NCBI RefSeq assembly: GCF_037042905.1
Contig: NC_087248.1
Coordinates: 11,284,001 to 11,348,000, forward strand
Direction: 5' to 3'
Source of the DNA: Lytechinus pictus
Taxonomy: Eukaryota
Length of the DNA: 64,000 nt
Part shown: positions 1 to 15,000 of the stretch, piece by piece
Position numbering within the stretch: the stretch's first letter is position 1
How the letters are laid out: each line of letters starts with the position of its first letter
The notes under the pieces: generated by a model
What the model was told of the DNA's origin: nothing
Seen by the model: only the letters and a program-made list of their open reading frames with translations
Databases searched by the model: none
Program-made: the position numbers and the translations under genes

Positions 1-20
1 TATTGAATCGCGTGATGCAG
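1..20 (+). CDS. CEP97: CEP97 exon 1 (3' end only; ...IESRDA|)
   Basis: GCAG|GTGAGA donor at 21; phase 1 fits exon 2 (G|AA = Glu). Confidence 0.65.
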
Positions 21-3000
21 GTGAGACGGCCAGAGGCATTCCACTTGTTTGTTTGTTTATTTTACTAGAGGATAGTGTTTTGACTTGTAATATATTTTCC
101 TTTCTGGTAAAAACTGTCTGTTGGACAAAATTCACATCATATTTGTAAGTCATATCTTAGGACCTCCTCTGTGGATAAATCTTGTAATTGATACATTTAG
201 CAAACCATATACTACTGAATTAAAAGGATTGATTCTACAACTGAATATACATGTACCTCTTAATATTACAGGGCAGTGACAAGTCCAACTCATTAATGTT
301 TTTCCATTCTATTTGAAATAAATTGGAACAACCTCAGGATGACAGTTTCAAATAACCATTCTGACTGTATATTATCTTCTAATTTCTTAACAGAAAACAT
401 GGTGATTGTGGACCTTGCCGGAAGGGGGCTGAAGAAGCTTGAGTCCCTGCCCACATCAGAGACCCACGCAACATGCACAACCCTAATACTGGATCATAAT
501 GGACTATCACGCATTGACAATCTCCAGGATTTCAAGAACCTTCAACAGGTATGGACATTACATTGATGTACATTAACTTGTCAGGTCAGAGCCAGGAAAA
601 TTAGGTTTAGATTGTTGTTCTGGGAAACTTTTCATGAAAGGACTTGTAAGACATCTTATCAGACAAATCTTGTTTAATCCAATAGTTACCATAGTAAATG
701 TTCTTCTCAAGATTAAGAAAAGTTGTCAGATCCGACAATTTGTCAGACAAAGATATTGATGAAACACTCCAGTAGGATTTTCTGTATGCCTTTCTGTATT
801 TTGATACCATGTTTCGATGGAGCTTGGTAAAAAAATTTCTCAACCAAAATTTTGTTGTATTCAGTGAAATTGAATATATTGCAGATAATACACCCACTTG
901 TTCTAAATTGCTGGCTGCAAGTCTTCAAAGAAAGGGAATCCTGCATGATGTTGAATGTTTCTTTGGTATCACAACTGCCGATGGGTTTACACCCTGTTCG
1001 ACAACTTTCTTTTTGGTCTCATCTCACATGGACTAATCCTACCTCGTTTCCAACCAGTTTGTCAACCTTTCATTTGGTCTAATATTCATTTAGTATCATA
1101 CTGTTTTGTTTATTTTACAATTTGATAGGTTATACCCATTTGATTAAATATCCACTTTGCCTAACACCACTTAGTCTTTACATATGGTTAGTTGAATTGT
1201 AAATGACCCAAATTTTGATTTGACAAGATTCAAAATGACTATTAAAGTAAAAATGAAGTGGAAATGAGACATTTTGGACATAAGACTTAAATTGATAATG
1301 TGAAAGTGGGTATTAGACCCAACTAACAGCTATTACACAAAAATGATAGTAGACCAAAAAGGTTTAGCCCATGTGGTATTAGACTATCTACAGTATGAAG
1401 TAAAATAACAATTTGTAGACCAAGTACATTCTTATCTTGTTGCTTGTCTTCCTGGGCAGCTGTCAATTGGACACAATCGTTTGGTGCGGATGAACGGAAT
1501 CTCGAGACTGCCAAGCATCAGAGTCCTCAACTTGCCGAACAACAGTATCCAGACTATAGAAGGTCTGAGGGACCTTCCAGAACTTGAGTGGCTAAATCTG
1601 TCGGGAAACAGTATCAAGGTACAGTAATGGTGGTAAAACTTCTTTCCTTTCATCTTGGATACGACCAAGAAATATATTAGATCTTTTAATGATTCAATTA
1701 AAATTTGGTTTAATTGCTATTTCTCCTCTAGCTATTGGCACATCAATGGACTTATAACAGCTGAATCTTAAACCTTGACACCAACCCCTATCCACGTTGC
1801 AATGGCCCCAAACCCGATCAGCCTCATACACAGTACTTCACTAAACATCTTTAGGGAAATTAAGACAGTAGAAACAGTTTGCAAGGGCAACTCTAAGATC
1901 ACCAATATCGTTGTACTTGGCAAATAATTTTACTACCAGTCTTTAAAACTCTGAACTCTGAAATTTTGGGTTACCAATATTCTTGACAAAATCATCCCAC
2001 TTTGTATTTAACATAGTGCAGGGGGCTGTTTCATAAAGCTGTTCATAAGTTAAGAATGACTGGTGAAATTTTCTTACGCGTTAAGCCATCACCAATGAAC
2101 ATTTTAGTGTACACCATTTACCACACGAAAGGATCACCAGTCGTTCTCAAAGTTGCTCTTAACTTACGAACAGCTTTATGAAACACTCAGCAGGAATCCT
2201 GCAAGAAGCTTTTCATTACAAATCATCACAGTCACTGTACACAAAACAATGGGGGCTGCATAAAAGCTGCAATGTAAAGACACATTGCAGCCTTATAGCG
2301 TGATTCCTGCTATTAGAAGACGCGGCACAGACTTACATGTATGAAAAGTTGCCTTAAAATGTGGGTTTATTTGAGACATCACGATCTATTAAAGCTATAG
2401 GTCTGTCGTTTGCAGGTTTGCCAGAGATTGAATGGAGTTTACAATACACATGTATGGCTACAGCATGTAGATGGTCAGAGGACTGAGAGGCCTCCCAGAA
2501 TGTTAGTGATGTAATCTGTCTGGGTATAATACATACAGGAAGCTGTTTGTAATTGGGTCTTTGTTGGTGACAAAGCATGCAGGTCCAGGAGTCTGGATGC
2601 CAAGCCTGTGATGACTTTGAATAAAGTCAGTTAGAAATGCATTGATGTTAGCCAGGAAAAAGGTCCTTGTCCGTGGCAGAAAGGACCTTTGATAGTACTT
2701 TTCATATATTTATGACATTTCATGAGGCAAATTCGTTAAATTTTTGCTTTGAAAGGAAGGAAAAAACCCAGAAAAATATGATATCTGTTATTCAGACATA
2801 CTCCAAAGAAATGGGACTTTGAGATACTGTGAAGGCCTACACTTGGAATCCTGATGAAGGAAGTTCCACTGGGCTAGTCCTCCATAAGGGAAGATTGCTT
2901 ATCCCACGAATTCTTTGAAAGTTGAACATGCTAAAAGCCAGCAGCAAAGAATTGTCTTCATCATCTTTTTATTGTACTTAATATTTTCAATTTCAAAATT

Positions 3001-6000
3001 TTAAGGGCTACTACAGAACTTGGTCTGCATGAAGTTTTACACACGGTTTAAAGATATATGGCCATGTCCATCTTGCATCCACACCAGGGAAAGGACAGAG
3101 TTCATAACTGGACGATGACATGCAGAAATAATTCAGCAATGGTTGCATGGCAGTTCCATGCACAGTAGTCATGCAAACTCTCCTTTGTCTCTTGTAATCC
3201 ATTTGAATAACACTTGGCAAGCAAAATTACAGCGATAGCAATGTGGTTTGTGCGGAATGACGACATGAAGAGCGCATGAATAGATGACGAGTTGTGCTTG
3301 ATCCCCCTTATCAGCTAGACTCAGCCCTGCTAGGAGCTGAGTGATGGCTCCTTCCTGCCTCCATCTGTTTTTTTCTCTCTCTCCTTTCTCTCCCTCTCTC
3401 CCTTTTTTCTCACTCTCTCTCCTTTCTCAATATCCCTCCTGTACTACCAATTTCTCAGCCTCTGCTTCTCTTTTGCTCCATATCTCTTTTTCTCTCTCTC
3501 TCTCCCTTTATCTTTCCTTTTTTTTCTCTTTTCCCTTTCTCCTTCCATTTCTTCCTCTCCCATTTCTCCTGTCCATTTTACATGCACACTGTTTTGTTAT
3601 CTCTCTCTCAGTTTGCCTCCACTTATATCCCTATTTCTATGTATCTTTCAGTCTTTCATTCTCTCTTGCTCCATTTTCTCTGTCTCTTCCTCCTCTCCAT
3701 CTTTCCCTTGTCTGTATGTAATATAGGCCTGCATTATTATACTCAAAGGTTTATGTTGTTAGTAGTGTATGAACATACACTACATTGTAGAGCCAAGTTA
3801 GAGAGATATATGACCTTGTGGGTGTTTCATAAAGCTGTTTGTAACTTGTAAGATACGAATGACTTTACGCACAACTGGTGATCCTTTCTTATGCCATGTT
3901 CCAGTTGTGCGTAAAGTTGTGTCAGTACCTTATTATGTTGTAGCTGATTAAAGTGGGAAAATGTCAATTATGAAAAGAGAATGGAAAGAACTTTTGGGTA
4001 CATGCAGGCCCGTATTCTAAACTCAGGTTTAACCTAGACTGTGGTCCAACTCTGTGCTGAAATTATGGGAATCCAAACATGTCAAAATTTGTTCACATGG
4101 TAATTATGTTTCAATATGTTGCTGTGCTTTAATTCGTTAATGGTGAAGACAATTACTTCATTTATCCTTCCCAGATGGTTTATTGATTTGAGAGTCAAAT
4201 GAGCTTGTACTATTCGCGATATTTACCGGTACATGTATGTAACAATTTGCTATCTATAGTTAAACGTCAACTTCAGACCAGAGTTTATATTAAACCCCAC
4301 TTCAGAATACGGGCCACAGTATTCTGTTATCAGATACATGGATATTGAAATTTTTCAGGACAAGCCAGTCATGACAAGGCAAGCCCTGACTATGAAACAT
4401 ATTTATAACTTCTTAATATTACAAATACATGTAGAGTGACCTGATACTTCGTCATACAGCAGTTGAATACATATACATGTAGCATTAAATGTACATTAGC
4501 AGTGAGCCAAACCCTGCTACTCTATTTTTGTTGATTTAAGGATACATTTACACATAGTTTGTCTATATCTGTCTGCTGGCTAATTGAAATATGATCTGGG
4601 AGTACTGCTATTCTCAGAAACCTTCATCCATATTCAGTCAGGTGCCTACTACGCACTGTATTTTTGTGGTGATTGTTACACTTTAATAAGAATTTTTAGG
4701 AAGCCCCTTGAAGGAAGGAAGGGGGAAATTGGCGAGGTCAGAAGCAGAGCTCAACAACCCTAGGCTAAAACCCTATCTGACAGTATGACCTGCAAGTGTG
4801 CAATTTGCTGTATAAATTAATTTGTCTCCGAGGTATATAGTGATGTTGGCAAGAGGAAGGATACACTTTTATATAGCGAAAAGGGGTGAAAAGTTAAGAT
4901 TTATTTTGGTCTATCCTACATACCTGTATTGAAGGCAGTATTTTTGCTTTGGGTATTAATCAATTTATTACTAGAATTAGATTAGCAATTTTGGTCATAT
5001 CAGAAAAAATTTCAACGATTATATGTAGTTCTAGATAAAAATTAAATCTTTTTGGAAAAGAAATCCTGTGTAGTAATCACAAAAAAAAAAAATACCAGTA
5101 TTAACAATAAAAAATGAATGCAAAGCAATTTACAATGTGATACCAGGAAAATTCTCTGAGTGAAAGGAATCTTATGGTAACTATGGAAATAATACTCCTT
5201 CAGATCAACTTGGTTATATAAAAAGGACAAATTAATTCAGCAAAACAAATAATATCTTTCAGAATCGGATGCCAAATGACAGCCATCGCATTAAAAGTTT
5301 AATATTTGTGATACAGTGATTTATATATCAAATGCAAATGAGTGAGCTGATCAGTGATGTTTGCAAGTTTTAAATTCATGTAAGAAAGTGTGGACTTAGA
5401 GTGTGATATTGTTATACAATATAAGCAAAATGTAAACTTCCAATTGCTGACTTTTCATTATTTTTTTCCTGATTTGGGGGAAGGATTAATGCTTGTACCA
5501 AATGATACAATGCAGTGTACAATTCGTTGTTTTATTATGGGTTTTATTGATTCAGTGACTAAGTTGGTGTAGAAAGGAAATCGGAGAGCAATGAGAAGGA
5601 TGTAGGGATAAAACATACCAAATGAAGTTCATTATCTCTTCATTCAGAAGCCCAGATAAACAAATTGATATTAGTGTACTGTACGTACATATGTACAAAC
5701 CTGTAGCAATTTACATACTTATCTCCAGTACATCTTGTGCACATGGCACAAACTTTTTGTTGTTGCATTTTTTATGACTGATTTATTTAATTGTACACAG
5801 CACAAACTTGGTAATGGAATAGTATCTGCAGTTACAACTCCATGGGCCTATTTCATCAAACTTTTTATAATAAAAAAATTGCAATTTACAGTTTAAAGCT
5901 ACTAAAACTGTTCAAGTTGATTGGCTGATTGTAAACTTGTTTTAGAAATTTTTTATAATCTGTTATTGTAACAAGTCTTTATGAAATTGTACCCAGGCTA

Positions 6001-9000
6001 ATTGTTGCAATTTGTGACATCGTCTACTGCCAATTTTCTATGACCACAGAGCAAACTGTGGTACGAGCTTGAATGAAACAGAAATTAGCTAAGCCAGCTG
6101 GAGCTCTGTAGAATTGAGCTGAAAATCTAGTATGGCATGTGACCTGGAACACTGCAATACTCAATTTGCACCTTTGTAGTGCCACCTGATTTGGGGAGGG
6201 GGGGGGGGGGGTATGTCTGCATTAAGAATAAAGGTTGAGCACTGAACTTTAGTATTGAAATAAGCTCAATGATTACATGAACATGTGCAAATGATCTCTA
6301 ACTACTCTCACTTTGTGTAATGTAATGCAAAGTTAAGTGAAACGGCCATTATTTTCAGAGATTCTTAGAACTTATTGCCTGGTGTTGGGTTATATCACTG
6401 CACTTATGTAGCATTGGCAAAGCTTGTGAAGTTTCAACAAAGAGCTGATCACATCAACCTGAAAGCTTTGATTGAAGGTTCTGTACAGTGTTTGAAGATC
6501 AAATAGGGCTATTCCACGGTTACTCACGTTACATTTGGAGACACCTTGACTCATACTTGGAGCTGTAACTCCATTATTATTGATAGGAACTAAACATCTC
6601 TTTATCACAACATAGTACGCAGTCTGACTATCCTTTGTATAAAAACAAAACTTGGGAAATTTCATTATGCTCCTGGCAAATCTTTGAAATGTGTCGGTTA
6701 CTCATGTTACATGATTTGGACATGCATAAAATGAAAAGTGGACATAAGTGAAGTGTCCTCATGCAAGGCTTTTATGAAAGTTGATTATATCCATTTCAAA
6801 GAAGTATATCAGGGAGACAAATTTGTATATAATTCAAAAAATAAAGAACACATGGTTTTTACTAGGGGTGCAGATAAAGTGGTTACTCACGTTACGGTTC
6901 AGATGGGCTATATGTACAAAGACACATTGAGCTCATGTCCACCAACCTATGGAATTGCCCAATACAGGTATAAGCTCTAGGGATATGCATCCATACTCAT
7001 TCATACATTGTTGTAGGTGTTTTGAGATAAAGAGCATCATAGGCACAGTAGCAATAAACTGCCACAGATATCCAAAGCTAACCACTTTCAACTGTTTGCT
7101 GACTGGATAATGAAGACGGCTCACAATTTGCACTTTTTTATTCACAAACTGTCAATTACTATACAAGATACCTATATTTGGGGCACCTGCCCAACTAACA
7201 CATGAATAGCCCCTTTTATTTACATAATTCTTCTCTGACGTTTGACCCGTAGAGTATTGACCATCTCAGCAGTAACCTGAAGCTACGTCACCTTGACCTG
7301 TCGGACAACAGCGTCTCCTCGATCATGGACATCTCAATGCTCAGCAACCTCAAGGTGGGTATTGAACCTCTAACCTTACAGTATGGAACTTGCAAAGGCT
7401 ATGTACATGGTCATATGTTGGCTCTGTTACAGCATAGACCAAATTACTTTTATCATTTTCCGGGTGGGGGGGGGGGGATGTTCACTGTTGTAGACATTTC
7501 TTCTTGGGTGAAGAAAGATATCAATATACATGTAGAAAGGCAACTTGGCCTTGTGGCATGCTCATGTTATCCAAGCTACATGAGGATGTTACAAAGAGAT
7601 TGTGACGTCAAATGTTGGACCCTAACGTAAAAGATTATATGCTTGATTCTCATCTTGAAACTCAATCGCACACACCCACAGACACACCGAGGGATTCTCT
7701 TCCTTTTGTGTGTTGTGAGAGCAGAGGACTGTATTAAATCATTTAATGGGTTCTATCTTGTAAAGTTTATAAAAAAATTCAGTTGATGCAAATTAATCAC
7801 AACTCTAGAAATCCCGTCATGCCATAATTTGTCCCCCAGAACCCATACACGTATGCATTCCCAGATGTAAAGGAAAATCCTATTTTATAGTTCACAGTAC
7901 TTGTAAATGGCTACTCTCTGTCAGTATTAATGCTGAAGAATAGATTTAATTGTGAAGTTGATCATAACATATGGCCTGCGGTGGCTTGCCATTTATAATA
8001 GCATTGTAAAATGATCGATGCACTTATCTGTTGATATTGTATTCTAATGAATCGTTTCCTTTATCTTATTTTGTTTACAGACATTGCTTCTCCATGGTAA
8101 CATCCTGACGACGCTACGCAGTATACCCAGCTGCATACCGCACTCACTTGAGATTCTCTCACTCGCAGAGAATGAAATATCAGATCTCACAGAGGTAGGG
8201 TTACTGTAGAATAAAACGTGAGATTAAGCGTTTTTGCTATTACAGTGCTTGAATTCAGGCCCCCATCTTACAAAGAGTTACAATTGATCCAATCAGTCGT
8301 AATTCTATGGAAATCCATTTGTAAACAAAGAGAAGCACAGTGAACTTTCAAGAAAACAATGAATTTTGAATATACATCATAGAAAATATTTTGAAAAAAA
8401 CCCATGCATAATAGATGTTGACATTGCTGGCCGTCCATAGTTGCGATTGATCGGATCAATCAAAACTCTTTGTAAGATGGGGCCCTGAAGTCAGTTCAAA
8501 TTAGGCCAGAGACTATCTCTGTCCTGAAATTATGGGAAGTGAAAAATATTTAAATTCTGTTCATATTTTATTTTTTTTGTTATGTTTCCTTTATTGTTTC
8601 CCCATGCTCTTATGGTGAGGAAAACTATTTTAGACATTATCCCCAGACAGTCAGGAATGAATGAGCATCATAAATGTATATGCTGACCAATGGAACATCT
8701 ACTCACAATCAGCTATCCCTTTTAGCCACTTTAGACCCGAGTTTAACTTAAACCAGAGTTAAATAAGCACCCTTATGTTTTAATAACCTTCCTTTAGATT
8801 TACATGAATGTATTAACTTTTATAGGATTGTGAGACACACAACATGCAATTCCAAACCACATTAGTGATTAAGATATTAGACCCCCATGCAAACATAAAT
8901 CTATATTACTTTATATACACAATGCATCAAAATTTATCTGTGTGAGATACTATCTACACTTTTTATGTGAGTGTAGAACAAATTTTGTGACATTTATGCA

Positions 9001-12000
9001 AAGCAGCATACATTATCTTTTGAACTTGTATTTGTAAACATTCATATGCATGTTAGAAACAGTGCAATATGTCTATTGCTGCTAATCCATGTTTGATGAC
9101 TGACTGACTGCTGCTACATTAAGTATGCCCATATCAGTTTGTAAAGATCATACACATGTACTTGTTAGTGGCAGGCAGATTGTTTGCCCTAGAAACTAGC
9201 AAGATCAATAAGCCCATTCTGGGCCCGGTGACTCAAAGCTTAGAACTTTATCATAGGGCTGTTATTTATGATTGATTGCATTAATTATTATGTGCAATCA
9301 GTTGTCCAAATCAACTATGCCATCAATTGCTAAGTTTTGTGTTACAGAGCCCTGAAGCTCGTTTTAGTGATGGCCTTGATTATAATTCCGGATATCATCA
9401 TGCATGTTTCAGTTGTATGTATTAATCATTCACACATCTATGATATTTGAGCTCAAAGGTCATCTTTAGAAATAAGTTTACTCATTATTTTGCTTTTAAA
9501 TCTACTCGAACCTTTTATTTATATTTTTTTCAATCAGCTCTTTATTGATCAATCATAAAAATCATATACACAATGGTAATAAACAAAACCCAAGCTATCG
9601 GTTCATACCGAACACAATACAGGGTGACAATTACATATTATACAACATAGATGTGAACATAATGACATAAACATGAATATGCAAAAATAAACAAACATAA
9701 GGATAATCATGCAAATATCAATGACACGAATGAAGTGCGTACTTGGAAAAGAAAATTATTTGGAGTCTGTATATTCAATGTGCATCATAATCTTTGAGAA
9801 GTGAATTGATAAATCATAAATTAATTGCAATATATGTAATTACAGATGATAGAATGTATGTTTTAGCATTGTACACTGTACTTCATAACTGCACATAATG
9901 CACAATCATCAATAACATGCTAGTGTAGTGTTTTATAACATATCATTCTTTTGTTTTAATTTAGGTATCTTCCACAGCATAGATTTACTGATACCCAACT
10001 ATAATTTTTGGCTAATGTCTGCCCCCACCCCCCAAGAAAAATAATGTTCAGCTTGATAAAAGTTTTTCCTGAAAGAAACCCACCAAACAACCAGGCACAA
10101 AATGAAACTACATTAATTCACCGAGTATGATATGGCCTATTGGGCACGTATAATTTGAACCTTTATTGAATAACATTACAAATCAGACCTTCCATTTTTA
10201 ATCCTCCCTTCCATACATTTCTCACCTGAATGACGTGGCGACCTTCATGTTATTTAGTTGAGATTATCATGATATCCTTTCTTTGCCAAGATATTGTTCA
10301 AGTATAATCCATACAGTGATTGTGACTCATCATCATAATCTCTTGGAATTATTTGGACTTAATGATTGTGTTTATTTCCTTGATTTTGTCTTCATGTACA
10401 TGTCACGTAAATTTAATCTATTATTATTCACACTTTTTCATTGTAATTCAGTTCAGTTCATTAATTTTCCATTAAAAACTTGAGTTATAACCCCAAGAAA
10501 AGTGTAACTTGCGAAGATGAGGCCCTGTTCAAAGATAAACAAACAAGCTTGCATCACTTGTTCAGTTATTTCAAATTAAAGGTTCAGAAGAAAAGTATGG
10601 GAATTCATTCTGAGAAGTGTAGAGAGAAAAAACAGCAAATTCAAAACATAGCAGACAAGCAAACTACTCAGTTTGAGTTTATTTATACATACAAATCATA
10701 TTATTGACTTTTACAGCATGAAAAATCAGCGAAAAATATTGATCAAAACAATTATAGAAAGAAAAATGAACATGCATGTATTTATGAATGAAAGGGTCAC
10801 TGTTATCATGATCATCACTTGATGACAATGGCAGTTTCGCCATTTAAGAATCAAGTAATTATTTCTTGTATGTTTATGTATTCAAAGAAATGGACACTTG
10901 GTAATAAAGAACCCTGAACATTATTGTGTCCCTTCTGCATATGTACGGTGTAAATATACTACTTTAGACTAGGCCTCTTTTAGACACACTACTAATTGAA
11001 AGAGTCTGTTTGATATCTAGATCCCCTCATTCATAATTACATGATTTGGCATATTGTATACTAGTCATCATATGGATTTCTGTACTTATTGACCTTAATG
11101 TCACCTTCATGGCCTATCAGTAATCAGTATGAAGATCAGAAACATACAGTATATAATTTGTTTTTCCTGACACGCTCTGCACATGTAGTAATAAGAACCT
11201 GATGTGAATATACATGTTTATGTGTGCTTATTTTTCACAGCTTTCAATGAACAATATAGTGTGTACATGTATGGTATGTTTATGAAGGCATTTAGCAGGC
11301 CTGCTTTTATTTCTCTTGGATTGAATCAATCTATTGTCACCCATGGCCCATGGCCATAGATTTTCCATTGATTGGCAATACCAGTAGTGCTTATCTCATT
11401 TGCCTTGGAGATGCCCTTTAATAAAATGCCCCCCCCCCCAAAAAAAAAAAAAAAGTGTGTATTTAAACAGAAATCTGCCCTATAAAAAGTTGCTCCACCA
11501 TAAACACATCAACAGGCCTTATATTTAGTTGACATACATGTACAGTACACTGGGGGTCTAGTTTATATTTGATGATCTTTGTAATGAAGATGGTGGCAAG
11601 TAACAGTTACAGCACGCCACAAAACTGTCCAACAGCCCTTCTTCAATCCTAGGAATGTACCTTAATCTTGAAATTTATTTGTCTGTCCATTTTGATCTCA
11701 TCCTTAGGTGTCATATCTCTCCTGTCTAAACAGTCTACAGCAGCTGTCTGTCATGAACAACCCCTGCGTTCTCATGGCCACACCCTGCTCATCCAATGCG
11801 TATCCTTTTCACATTCAGTCCTATGACTGCTAAAAGTTAAAGGTAGAAATGATGATGATAATTATAAACTTGCTATATGTCATCGTTATCATTATCTTCC
11901 TCATCATCATCGCCATCGTAACCATCATCGCCATCGTCGTCACCATCGTCATTGTCATCATCATTGCCATCGTCATCACCATCATCACCATCATCATCAC

Positions 12001-15000
12001 CTTCATCATCATCATCATCAATTCATCATCAATTCATTATCATCATCATCATTTCATTATCATCATCATCAATTCATGATCATCATCAATTTATGATCAT
12101 GATCATCATCATCATCATCATCATTGCCATCCTCATCGTCCTCGTCATCATCATCAACTCATCATCATCATCTGCATCTGTTTGGCAGTGTAGGATGTCC
12201 TGTGAGTCTCCCAGTCATAGACACTTGGTACACTAAGAGTCTACTCAAGAGGGGACGTGGATATCAGATGAATACAATATGCTTGTTTGACCGAAAATAT
12301 TCTAAACCGTGATTAGATTCAAATACATAGTAGTAAGCATGATCATAAACTTGGCTTATACAGAGCACCGAAGTGTGATGTCATTAAAAAACAACAGATT
12401 TTGCTTTTTATTTTTTCAGAGTTCCAGTTTTTTTTATATCGTGGAGGAGCATGATGAAGAACATCCAAAGCCTACATGTACATGTTTTAAATGTGATAGG
12501 AAATGCTTCGAACCAGGCCAATGGTACATTTATTTCAGTGGGGCAAATTATATGGTCATATCTTGGGCCCTGTTAAGCTGATTCCTACCGAATTTGGGCT
12601 GTGGATATATTTCATCATGCTCTACTGAGATATAAAATAAAACAAGATGATATCCAACTTTAGAGGGAAAAAATATGGCATCGTCACTATGCTACTATAG
12701 TCTGAATAGTAATTGAATAATGAAATAAGTATCACCTTCACTATGGTAAAATCCTCAGTTGCCCATATCTGTTCTTTTATAATCATTCCCATATAGCATG
12801 TCCCAATAATAGGTATTAAAAATAAGACTTCAAATCAAACCTACATTTAAAATATGGCTATTTGTATACATACTAGTTTTTCAGTCTGTACAGTCCCCGG
12901 GGGGGGGCACTCGACCAAAAAAGTAGTAGGCCTGTGCCGCGGGCGAGACAAAAAACGGGGGCCTTGGAGCGGGCTAACTGTAAAAAGGAGGGTCCTCGGA
13001 ACGGACTTCGGAACTACAAATGTTTGTGAAAACGGGGGTCCTTGGAACGGGTCGCCTTCGCGTGAGTGCGTATTCATCCCCTATGGAACGGGCATACGTG
13101 CACCCGGCGGCACGGGCGCCGGGTGCGCTAGCGCAGAGGCGATGGTCGGACAGCGCTTTGCGGCCGCTTTTCACCAAAATTGTGGCTCACCGTAGCAGAT
13201 CAATACGGCCGGAACGGCGTAACGGAAAAATATGCGAAGCTTTGGAGCGGATTTCTTTCTTCTTTTTCCTCGATAAGAAGAAAATGCTATGCTTTGGAGC
13301 GACTTTCTTTGTTCTTTGTCTCAATAAGACAAAAATGCTATGCCTTGGAATGGAAATTTGAGTGTAAAAATGGGGGTCCCCTCCGCGGCACATACCCACT
13401 ATGCATTATATACAGAGTGCCCCTCCCCCCCCCCCGGGGTACAGTCTATAAATTTGCTCGAGGCTTTTTCTTTAAGAATATTGTTTTCTTCCTCCATAAG
13501 GACCAAGTTCATACAGGCTTTCCACTACATGGTAACATAAAAAATATAAACCTACCCTAGGAAAGTTGGTTGTGATAACTTTAATGCAATAACCTTTACT
13601 TTTTATGGTCTAACTTCTTCATGAGACTGGCAATAGGTTTTTATAATTGTTTAATTTTCCTTTGATTAGGTAAAAAACTTATGTTGTGAATAAGTGAATG
13701 AGTGGGTTTCATGCCAACATAAGATGCAAATTAGTCCCTCCTCCTTCAATTCATCTTGCATCTTCCATGACTATCCCTCCCTCGGCCCAGCTTATTCCCC
13801 AAAGATGATGGTTGCCTAGCAACCAATCTTGAAACAGGAAAGTCATCCCCCACCCCCATCCCCGAGTTAATTAGAGGGGAGTTCCGTCCCGCTTGTAAAC
13901 TCCTATCCCACGCAGTGAAATGCAACCTCAATTCAATCAAGGTGTATTGAGGCCTGGATTGGAGTAGAGTTATGCTGACATCCTATGAACATAATGAAAT
14001 TCAATGCATCAAAAAATATATCAACCAAAAATTTTTACATAAAAAAAAAAAAGGTGTAAAGTGCAAGTTCACTGGAAATATCATCCTTCATTCCCTCTCA
14101 AAATAGGTTTATATTCAATTTAGCTAATTGGAATAAAATACCTTGCCCAAGGGTATACCTGTTGTGATTGGGATAGTCTTTCGGAGGAGACTCTAAGCCG
14201 TCAGTCCCGTGTAAAGGAGAGTCACACCATTTGCACGCTAAAAAACCTACTCCTCTTTTCGTAAAGAGTAGGGAAGTTATCCCGGGGAAGTAGTTAACGT
14301 ATTAATTTATTACTGACAATTACTAATTTATAATCCTGTTTCTTTGTAAAGTTGCATTAGGGTAATTTGTACTGTATTAAAGTAACCTTTCCAGATTAAC
14401 TGTCCGACACTTATATGACACGCATGTGTTGATAGTGTCGTTAATTTTTTATCAATCAATCAATCAATTTAGCTAATGCCAGGAGTTCAGTCTTACATGT
14501 ATCATGTTATTATGATACAGCTAGCTCATAATCTAAATGGTAGGCAGGCAGGCAGGGGGTGCAACTATTGTCTTTGGTTTTACGAGTCTGATGCTGTTAC
14601 ACACAAAATGTATTAAAGTGATTCAGCGAGACTTCAGACAGTGGAGCAGCCATCGCCTATACACTCCTGTCTTGCTTTAGTCATTGTTTTCCTTTTATCT
14701 ATGAATGTCTGATGGCAGTTTCTGTATGAAAAAAACCTGCATCATACAGTAGTCAATAAGATGAAAACAACGGCTGATGTAAGACAAGAGTGTATAAATG
14801 TACATATAGGCAGTTGTTGTACCCATTGTAGTCGTGATGTATCAGACTCATTGCTTAAGTTTAGTGTAAAAGCAAACATACACCTGTAAATGCAGCTTCC
14901 GCCTAGACTATAGGCTATGATACAGCTTGCATGGATTTCCTTTGGGTGAAGAGATTGGTCAAATATATCTGGATTTTTGTGAATAGGGTAGATGAATCAG

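Noticed and set aside
3341-3851. Hydrophobic Leu/Ser/Phe ORFs resembling membrane proteins; also 59699-60009
   Set aside because: Translation of CT-rich microsatellites.
11830-12312. Poly-Ile, poly-Met and poly-Ser ORFs
   Set aside because: Translation of the (CAT)n microsatellite.
12847-13560. Several overlapping GC-rich ORFs (66-126 aa)
   Set aside because: They fall on the TSD-flanked 543-bp element, show no transposase motifs, and are expected from high GC content.
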